Of a stretch of 64,000 bases of DNA, positions 39,926 to 49,700 are shown piece by piece. A program made the translations under genes and the position numbers. Within the stretch, counting starts at the first letter, position 1. Every line of letters starts with the position of its first letter. The DNA lies in assembly GCA_002269645.1 (NCBI GenBank), contig NIVC01002124.1, forward strand, positions 1 to 64,000, given 5' to 3'. This DNA is from Macrostomum lignano (taxonomy: Eukaryota). The notes under the pieces were generated by a model. The model was given only the letters and a program-made list of their open reading frames with translations. It did no database searches and was not told the DNA's origin.

Positions 39926-40318
39926 ATGGATTCTGATTCTGATGCTGAGTGTACAGTAGTATCAAAAGATTGCCAAAAACGGTTAGATCAAGTTGGTAAA
40001 CTTGGCTTCAAAGAGGGTGCAGCAAGCAAAAGTGAACTTGATCAGCAAGTTTGCTTTGACGAAGCCTTCAAAGTTTCGGAGCCACGCGCTGAAAGACTCG
40101 GTGCATTGAGGGCGCGCTTGTTGTGCAAACGCCAACTTGTCACTAATACTGTGGCCTTTGATAGTGTCCTGAGTGATATCGAGCAATACTGCTTGCGTGA
40201 ATTACCAACAAAGCTTCTTGTCAACGACACATTAAGTATTGATAACCACATCGATCAGCTAGAAACTCTTGTGGACTTTTTGTTGTTATCCGCTCAGACT
40301 CCAAGCAGCAATGTTTAG
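39926..40318 (+). CDS. YAE1-like protein (Yae1_N motif), 130 aa
   Basis: KRLDQVGKLGFKEGAASKSELDQQVCFDEAF matches the recalled Yae1 pattern (KxGY/FxxG..Q..F.xG/AF/Y), with an acidic N-terminus. Stop TAG at 40316-18 overlaps the TGS1 start. Confidence 0.6.
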   Translation: MDSDSDAECTVVSKDCQKRLDQVGKLGFKEGAASKSELDQQVCFDEAFKVSEPRAERLGALRARLLCKRQLVTNTVAFDSVLSDIEQYCLRELPTKLLVNDTLSIDNHIDQLETLVDFLLLSAQTPSSNV

Positions 40319-42513
40319 TGACAACAAAGCGCAGGAGTTTACAGCTCAACATTGGAAACGGCTGGCGCATCTGGCTGTCACTTATAAACAGTCAGGTGAT
40401 GACAATCCATTGCGCGCTTTTCTTACTAGGGCTTTTATAACAGATGGAAAAATTTACGACGGAAAATTTCATAAAGAAAAGCAGAATGAGGAGTGTCAAG
40501 TGGAGGTTGGCAAAAAGTATGACGATTCGCTGAATCCAGATGAAAGTGATGTCCAGCCTGTTGTAATGGCCGCAGTGCCTGCTGATGCTGTTTCTGACCG
40601 GCTGGCCGAATTGTGCATTTCAGCCGATTCTGGCACTGCCTGCGACGGCGAAGAGGAGACTCGTACTACAGAAAAAGAAATTGGGACGTCTACTAACTCG
40701 GAAATGAACAAGGAAGCCTGCGAAGTAATGAGTCCGAAAGATGAGGAGCGAATGATGGCTATGCTGGGTCTGCCAACTAATTTCGCTGTCCGTCAAAGGC
40801 GGCAACGCCGAGATGGCGGTGATTCAAGTCGAAAACCAGGAAAACGTCCAATGCAGCACCAAGATCGAGATGCCCCATTAATGGAACCAGAGAAAAATAT
40901 TTTAGAGGCTGCCGACGAGTCGCCAAAGCGACGCAAATCCATTCCCGAAGTTGTTTCTGAAGATTTCAAGGAAGACGCCAATGAGGAACAAGTTTACCAC
41001 GGCCCGCACTGGCCAGACTATGAATGGATTGCTGGCGAGTTCGAACGCTATTGGAACGCTAATCGCGATCGCTGCATCTGGCTAGCTTGGGTCCGCCGTT
41101 TCGGTGCTTACATGACCGAGGAGAGCTGGTCTGGTATGCCAGCTAGCCTGCGCGAAGATAAGGAGTTTCTGCAACTGCTGCGCGAACAACAAGGCTCGAA
41201 TTCGTCATCTGCCGGGTTGCCTGTTCAAGACTGGGATTTAGAGTGGCAGAGAAACAGTGAAACAGCCTACTGGGCCGAGATTCTCCGGTTTGTCTCCCGC
41301 TACCGACCAGGGTCCGGGGCCAAACAGTCGGCCCTGAGACTGGCTAAGCGGCTTGGATTTGTTTACAAAGCTCATCTTGATCAAGATCACGTGTCGGCTA
41401 GCAACTACCAGCTGCTTCCCGCTGGAGAGACTGCCGCTCATCTATCCTACAAAGACTATAAGGCGATTGAACGAGATGCCGAAACAGAGGTATTTTGATC
41501 TTGCTTATTTCCCTGCATATTAAAATTATTAAAAATCATGTACTATTTCTTGCTGCAGACTGTACAACTTATAATGAGTGAGGTACAGTATTCAACCTTA
41601 GTTTTAATACTTTGTAGGGGTCAGAAGAATCACTATAGACAAATAGGATTAGATTTCTGTTAATCTCTTTTATCACGCTTTGTTCCTGTGCAGTTCCATA
41701 CTGGTCTCTTAAGATCATAACTAAAGCCTTCTTCAACTAAAAGCCACCTTTTTGAGATTAGAGAACGCCGTTCCAGTTTACCTGTTGTCTTGTTAAGTTC
41801 CGCTACCTTCCTTCGTGTGTTTTATTTTATAGGCTGCTGAGGCTAAAACCGCCCTGCAAGATCCAATACTGAACAAGTACTGGAATCAGCGCTACCGGTT
41901 CTTCGACAAATTCGACGATGGCATCCAGCTGGATAGAGAGGCCTGGTTCAGCGTCACGCCGCAGAGAATCGCCCGCCATCAGGCTGAGCGACTAAAATGC
42001 CCTGGCATCCTGATTGATGCATTTTGCGGCGCCGGCGGCAATGTTATTCAATTTGCCCAGCTGAGCGGCCACGTTATCGCCATAGACATCGATCCCAGCC
42101 GCCTGGCCATGGCCGAGCACAATGCCGGCGTCTACGGTGTGCTTAACAATATCAGCTTCCTGTGCGAAGATTTTTTCGACGCTGTGCCCCGTCTCGGCGC
42201 CATTGCCGATGCCATCTTTCTATCGCCACCTTGGGGCGGTCCCAGCTATCTGGACAAGGACGTATTCGATCTGGACGAGCCGGTTCTGTCCGGCGGTCGC
42301 TCCGTTGCCGACTGCGTTCGCTCCGCCCTGGCCCACTGCGCCAGCGTTGCTATCTACCTGCCCCGCAATGTGGACCTGGGCCAGCTGACCCGCCTGCTGG
42401 CCAGCTGTCGGGCTGGTATTGTTGAGGTTGAGCAAAATATGCTCAATGGCCGGCTGAAGGCTATCACAGTCTACACCGGTGGCCTTGTGGACGCAGTGAC
42501 TGCTGACTATTAA
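40311..42513 (+). CDS. TGS1: Trimethylguanosine synthase (2 exons, ~619 aa)
   Basis: Exons 40311-41489 and 41833-42513, phase 0. N-terminus HWKRLAHL..LTRAFITDGKIY. Methyltransferase motifs KYWNQRYRFF, WFSVTP, DAFCGAGGNVIQFA, FLSPPWGGP, EVEQNMLNGRLKAITVY. Confidence 0.95.
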
Positions 42514-42664
42514 TTAGTGAAATGTACTGCATAATGCAATATTATTTTCTTATTCTGCTTCGCAGATACTAGAATAACTAGACATCTCACTTGCAATTAA
42601 ATTTGTGAAAAGATAGAGCGTCTACTACTCTTTTTTCAGTAGTTTGCCTATGAAGTTAGGAATA

Positions 42665-43105
42665 AAAACAAGCATTCAACCCGATGTACACAAGTGAATG
42701 CAAGACGGAAAAACTCAGCCTGGGGGGAGGCCCAATCTAGCTCAGCCAATGAGAGAGCAGTAAGAAGAAAGGTCAAAGTCAGACACGAGTGGGCGAGAGG
42801 AAAGCCAAGCTGTAATGGAATGGGTGATGGGGTTTATCGGCCTGGCTGGGGGCTGTGGAGCCATCCCTTTTCTCTCTTGCTCGTTACGCACAAGCACTGG
42901 ATTAGGGCTTTTCATGTTTTCCTGCAATCTTCAGTCGTGAATCAATTATTTTTTAATTATTTCAAGTCTGAGCAGGCTGGGGTTGGTAAAACAAGGTAAA
43001 GAATAAACATGCTCAAAATTAAAGTGGCAAAAACGCTAATTTTTATACTGAAAAAACCAGTAAACAAGCACATATTTTGCGAGTGACATCTAGCTATTCT
43101 ATTAT
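42665..43105 (+). mobile_element. Second copy of the CCAAT-module interspersed element (single unit)
   Basis: Co-linear similarity to 16520-17285. Confidence 0.65.
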
Positions 43106-43121
43106 GTGATCTGTTCTATCA

Positions 43122-43622
43122 GGGGCCGATTTCACAAAGAAACTACAAGTGACAAGTCGACAAATGACAAGTGACAAGTGTCAACGATTTTGGTTTCATA
43201 AACATGGGTCCTTGCTCGTGTTAAAAATAACTCAATTTTATGTCTATGGTTCAGATACCATATGAAATCGATCCAGCCTTTAGACCACAATTTTAGGATC
43301 TGAGTTTTAGACAGACTTGCTTTCAAGACGGCCTCTGCGTTCTTTTCGGGCTTGAATACACAGCTTTAATAAAGCTACAAGTGTCACAGCTACTTGTCAA
43401 AAACACAAGACAAGAGGAAGTATTTTCTCACAGAAGCATCCAGCTTAGTGCATGTCTATGGACGAAACCCCCGAAGGAGCGCTTGTAATTTGTCAAATTT
43501 CACTTGTCACTTGTAACTTGTCGATTTGTCAAGTTGTAGCTTGTTTTTATGAAACGCATTATTTAGCAGAATTGTCACTTGTCACTTGTAATTTGCCCGA
43601 CAAGTGCTTTATGAAATAGGCC
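43122..43622. mobile_element. MITE-like foldback, possibly Harbinger-related, with ACAAGTG subterminal repeats
   Basis: Ends GGCCGATTTCACAAAG and reverse-complement GGCCTATTTCATAAAG. GACAAGTGACAAG tracts on the left mirrored by CTTGTCACTTGT on the right. TSD not clean. Confidence 0.5.
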
Positions 43623-44559
43623 TTAGTTATATGGGGCCCATAGTTATATTTATGCCTTGAGACAATTTGCAATGTGAGTTTAAAAAAAAAACAGATTTTT
43701 TCGAAGCTCAGTCAGACAATAGCATTTTACTTTGTGTCTGAAATTTAAACGAAACTGGTATAAGATGATTCAAAGATACTGAAAACCTTCGTTTCGTAAT
43801 AATTTGCTATTTTTCTATCCAGGAAAGCATCATGAGCCAACCAACCACACTCCCTGTTTTCGTGTTTTCTGCTTTTGTCATCAAGCCACGATTTTGTTTG
43901 CCAGCTTAATCACCTCATCACTGGTTACGGGTCCGTTATTTAACAGCTTTTCTTTTGACTATACGGTATTTTTTCATTTTTCCATTCATCATCATCATCA
44001 CCCATCCGTTGATTGCATTCGATTCGAGGCTAAACAGCTTGTAATTCTTACCATAAATGATGCACAAGCATAGTTACTATTTTCTACTTTTTCTACTATT
44101 TCCTACAAATTAAATTATGAAATCTTCTAGAAAAGAAAATCTAATATTATTTATTGAGTCTCCGAGTGCTGTTTCAGCCAAACCGGTCCTTTATTGTTGC
44201 GAATCACGCCCTGCAATTGCTGTAACCGTTTTGTTAGCTGTTTTGTGTTTGCTAATTCGATAATTGCTAATATAAGCTGAAAGTAGGCTCTTTGTTGTTT
44301 TCTTTAATATTTTGATTATAATTTCGTCGTTCTGTTCATTTTTGTTGTCTTGTAGTTAGGTTATAAAGTCAAGGATCACATCTGTAGACAGATTAGATAA
44401 AACGCATAATTAGATGACTAAGCAGTGTCCTATCATGAAGTAGTCATATTTACTCTCGCCTTTTATCTAGGCAGTCTGCTGATTAGAACATAGAATGTTA
44501 TTTAACTACGTTAATAAATTGCTTATTTAGCTACTTAGGAACTGAAATAACCAGTAGTA

Positions 44560-44655
44560 AAAACTATCCGGTGGTCTTAGCCCGGCGCTCTGATGTGCCA
44601 GCGGCCCAGGCTCGATTCCTAGTGCATTAATTTGGGGCTGAATTGAAATCTCGAC
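44560..44655 (+). mobile_element. tRNA-derived SINE-like repeat (copy 2), just upstream of H2A.Z
   Basis: Matches the reverse complement of 11990-12090. Confidence 0.6.
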
Positions 44656-44707
44656 TATAAGCTGCCTATCCGCCTCCTTCAGCAATAAATCTGTCCCAAT
44701 AGCAACA

Positions 44708-45106
44708 ATGGCCGGTGGCAAAGCGGGCAAAGACAGCGGCAAGGCCAAGCAGAAGGCCATCTCTCGGTCAGCCAGGGCCGGCCTACAATTCCCAGTCGGC
44801 CGTATTCATCGCCATTTGAAGACCCGAACAACCAGCCACGGCCGGGTTGGCGCCACCGCCGCCGTGTACAGCGCCGCCATCTTGGAGTACCTCACCGCCG
44901 AAGTGCTGGAGCTGGCTGGCAACGCTAGCAAAGATCTGCGCGTTAAGCGCATCACGCCGCGCCATCTGCAGCTGGCTATTCGAGGCGACGAAGAGCTGGA
45001 CACGCTAATTAAAGCCACCATCGCTGGTGGCGGCGTGATCCCGCACATTCACAAGAGTCTGGTGAATAAGAAGGGCGCAGCCACTGTGCCGCCAAAGGGC
45101 CATTAA
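44708..45106 (+). CDS. H2A.Z: Histone H2A.Z (H2Av), intronless CDS, 132 aa
   Basis: [84 protein letters not shown]. Confidence 0.98.
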   Translation: MAGGKAGKDSGKAKQKAISRSARAGLQFPVGRIHRHLKTRTTSHGRVGATAAVYSAAILEYLTAEVLELAGNASKDLRVKRITPRHLQLAIRGDEELDTLIKATIAGGGVIPHIHKSLVNKKGAATVPPKGH

Positions 45107-45604
45107 ACTCGCTAACTGACTCAAATTCGTTGTCGCGTCGATTATATTCCTTTTTTCAAGCCCGCCGGCAGCTTTAATTAGTTTTCAGGTAACCTCAGCC
45201 TCCTTTGTTCTTAATTCTAATCTATAATACTACTACTATAAGTCTGTCGAGTTTCTTATTTTTGTAATTCTTTTTAATTTTTTCCCTATTCATTTGACTA
45301 AGTATCGTTTTTTTGCCTATGTTGTTCCACTGCTTACATGTGCTATTGGTTAATCTGCAATGCAATTCTTTTCTGCTTTTAGCTAATTCTGTTTTTAACA
45401 AAAACTACATGCTACAATAATACTTATGCTGCCGTTTTTAGCATAATTTAGTCATTTTTAACTTTTAGTAGTATGCCTGACTACGCGAAGCTGTTCTAAT
45501 TAATTATTACACAATACATCAACTGCGTGAGTTGGACCCATAATATATCGCGTTTAATTATGCAATTGTTTTTTTGTGTTTTGCTTTTTAATTTACTTTC
45601 ACCA

Positions 45605-46390
45605 GTCATCCACTGATCCCTTCGAACTTATCAGTGACCCTACTGTCCCTGCAGATCCATCAGTGACCTCATTGACCCCCTGCATATCCACCAGTGACCC
45701 CACTGTCCCAGCAGATCCATCAGTGACCCACTGTCCCCGCAGATCCATCAGTGACCCCACTGTCCTTGCAGGTCCATCAGTGACCTCACTATTAATGCAG
45801 ATTCATCAGTGACCCCACTGTCCCTACAGACCCACCAGTGACCCAACTGTCCCTGCAGATCCATCAGTGACCTCATTGACCCCCTGCATATCCACCAGTG
45901 ACCCCACTGTCCCAGCAGATCCATCAGTGACCCCACTATTAATGCAGATTCATCAGTGACCCCACTGTCCCTACAGACCCACCAGTGACCCCACTGTCCC
46001 TGCAGATCCATCAGTGACCTCATTGACCCCCTGCATATCCACCAGTGACCCCACTGTCCCAGCAGATCCATCAGTGACCCCACTATTAATGCAGATTCAT
46101 CAGTGACCCCACTGTCCCTACAGACCCACCAGTGACCCCACTGTCCCTGCAGATCCATCAGTGACCTCATTGACCCCCTGCATATCCACCAGTGACCCCA
46201 CTGTCCCAGCAGATCCATCAGTGACCCCACTATTAATGCAGATTCATCAGTGACCCCACTGTCCCTACAGACCCACCAGTGACCCCACTGTCCCTGCAGA
46301 CCCACCAGTGACCCCACTGTCCCTACAGACCCATCAGTGACCCCACTGTCCCTGTAGATCCACCAGTGACCCCACCGTCCCTGCAGATCT
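45605..46390. repeat. ~29-bp minisatellite organised into a 147-bp higher-order repeat
   Basis: Subunit CAGTGACCCCACTGTCCCTGCAGATCCAT. Marker CCTCATTGAC recurs at 45871, 46018 and 46165. Confidence 0.92.
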
Positions 46391-46711
46391 CCACAACCCC
46401 TTTGTGAATCCATCACTGTCCTCACTACTCCACGTACATCATCTGTGACCCCGGTACAACCCATCTAAAGCATCATTGACCCTTAAAACCGTGAGTTATT
46501 TTACCTAAGTGGAATAATCAGACTAGTCCCTACGTAGACGATCAAAACCACCTATATATTACTACTAATCGATATAAATAATTAATTTTGCATTACTTGA
46601 AGTAGTACGCTATTTAAATTCTTTCCACTTCAGTTCAGCAGAGAGTTGCTAAATAAAGTCCGGCGTTTCCGCAGCACCGAAGCCATCAAATAGGTAAAAA
46701 AAGCGACAGCC

Positions 46712-49700
46712 ATGTCCGAAGCGGACCGTCAGCAGTATCAGCGACCCGGCGGCGAGCCGAGCGGCATCCACGACTCCGAGGTTGACTACAGCTCCCCGCT
46801 GCGCTACGGAACCGGCGGCGCTGGCGGCCCGCCGTCCGAGCAGCAGCCGACTTCGGTCTCCGGGGCCGGCGTCTCGTCCAATCGGTCCACCCAAAGGCCC
46901 GGCCTGCGCGAGGATCAGGCCGAGCGGCGCACCATCGCCTTGGAGCCGAACGCCGAGGACGGCGGCGTTGTCATCTGGGGCACCGATGTGAATGTCAGCC
47001 GGATTGAGCGGCTGTTCAGAACTTTTATTACTACATTCACTCCGCAGGTGAGCGCTTCATGAGAGTTGTGCTGAAATCTATATCGCCTTCCGCATCCTCA
47101 TTCTGTAAATCACCTTCCGCATCCTCATTCTGTAAATCGCCTTCCGCATCCTCATTCTGTAAATCACCTTCCGCTCCGCATCCTCATTCTGTAAATCGCC
47201 TTCCGCATCCTCATTCTGTAAATCACCTTCCGCATCCTCATTCTGTGAATCGCCTTCCGCATCCTCATTCTGTAAATCACCTTCCGCATCCTCATTCTGT
47301 AAATCGCCTTCCGCATCCTCATTCTGTAAATCACCTTCCGCATCCTCATTCTGTGAATCGCCTTCCGCATCCTCATTCTGTAAATCACCTTCCACATCCT
47401 TATTCTGTAAATCACCTTCCGCATATTTATTCTGTAAATCGCCTTTCGCATCTCATTCTGTAAATTGCCTTCCGCATCCATATTCTGTAACTCGCCTTCC
47501 GCATCCTCATTCTGTAAATTGTCTTCAACATCCTTATGCTATCAATCGCTTTCCACATCCTCATTCTGTACCTGTCTTCCTTAATCTCTTTCCAACTTCG
47601 TCTGTAACCTTCTGTACTACGGCGAATATTTTCTGCAGTTGCACATCTTTTTACTCTGCAGGAAGGCGCCCCGCCGCACTACATGGGCAAACTAGAAGAG
47701 ATCTACGTGCTTGGCGATCGTCACCTTGACATTGATTGCGTCCACCTGCGCCAGTACTCCGCTGAGCTGTACCGCCAACTGGTCACTTACCCGGGTGAGG
47801 TGATTCCGGCTCTGGACGTGGTCACTAATGCCATGTTCGCCGAGCAATACAGAGACGCAGTGCTCGAGCAAGAGATTATGGTGCGACCGTTTAACTGCGA
47901 TCGGGCCAGGTCTCTGCGCGCCTTGGATCCCGAAGATATTGACCAGCTGGTGACTGTGCGGGGCATGGTCACCCGGCTGTCTCCCATCATACCGGAGATG
48001 CGAGTAGGCCTGTTCACCTGCTCCCTGTGCGACCAGCAGGCGCAGAGTGTGCTAGACAGGGGCCGTATTGTTGAACCGGTGCTTTGTCCCACCTGTCAGG
48101 TGTGTGATTTATGATAATTGTAATTGTATCGAATTAGGCTTTACTGTAGACAATTTTTCGAACGATTTATAATTTGCCAGTCTCCGGCGGGTTATTTTAT
48201 TTAAATATCGAAAGTCGATAATATAAAAGCTACTTAAGACGTGAGTTATGGAATTTTCCGAATTTAGTTTATTAATTTATTAGATAGATTCATTCATTCA
48301 GAGAAAAAAGGCGCCTCAACACCCAGCTAGGCCGATAAACAGTTTGACTTGTGTCTGACTTTGCCCTCTCTCCTTACTGCTCTCTTATTGGCTGAGCCAG
48401 GTTAGGCCTGCCCCCTAGACGGAGTTTCGTCCGTCTCACATCTCTCCTTACCGCTCTCTCATTGGCTGAGCCAGATTGGGCCTGCTCCCATAGGCTGGGT
48501 TTCGTCTGTCTGGCGTTCACTTTTGTACATCGAGTTAAATGCTAGCTCATTATTAACCCCATACAAGTATGCTCCTGAGCAGATCTGAGGTCGAGGAAAG
48601 CAAGGGAAATTTCAGCTTCCACAATAAATTTTAGTGTCATTGCTTAGACGATCTACTGAAAAGAGTAGAAGCTACTTTTTCACAATTTTAGTTGTGAGTG
48701 ACTCTAGGAGTTTTTCTTTAAAAAATAGAACGATTTTCCGGGATACTATTTACTTTTATATCTTATGTTTTTTCCGAGATGAGACTTGCCTTTTTCGGGA
48801 GCTATTTTTGTAAAAACCTCTACATAAAAGTGTGTGTATAAAGGCTTCAATGATGACAGCTTGTAGCAATTTAAGTCCAGCTGTCGAAGAGCTAAAATAT
48901 GCAATGCCATCCGACTATTCAGGGTCGCAACAGTTTCGATCTGGTGCACAATCGGAGCAAATTCACCGACAAGCAGCGGGTTAAACTGCAAGAATCGCCG
49001 GATGAAATGCCAGCTGGACAGACGCCGCAGACTTTATTGGTATACGCCTACGGCGATCTGGTTGACACTGTGCTACCTGGAGACCGGGTCACCATCACCG
49101 GGATCTATCGGGCCACGCCAATGCGAGCTAATCCCAGGTATGAATGTCCAGTTCTAGGCTTAGCATCGATACTAATTAAAGTGAGCTGTTTATGCATTCT
49201 TTAAAGCCGTCGCATCGCCCACCCCCACCCTACGCAGGCAGACGTCCATTCTGTCCGTGTTCCAGACCCACATCGACGTGGTGCACTTCGAACGCGAGAA
49301 GAGCGGCCCAGACGATATTGGCGACGGTAGCAACTGTCTGACCCCGGCCCGGGTTGAACAGCTGCGCTCGCTCAATCAGAAGGCCGATCTGTACGAGCGA
49401 CTCAGCGCGGCCATAGCGCCGTCAATCTACGAGCACGAGGATATTAAAAAGGGCTTATTGCTGCAACTATTTGGTGGGGCTGATAAGCACTTTAAAGATG
49501 CTGGCCACTTCCGATCGGAGATTAACATTCTGCTGTGCGGAGACCCGGGCACGTCCAAGTCTCAGCTGCTGCACTATATCTACCGGCTCATGCCCAGGGG
49601 CCAGTACACGTCTGGCAAGGGCTCATCGGCTGTAGGATTGACAGCCTACGTTACTAAGGAGCCTGACACTGGCCAGGTGGCTCTGCAAACTGGTGCCCTG

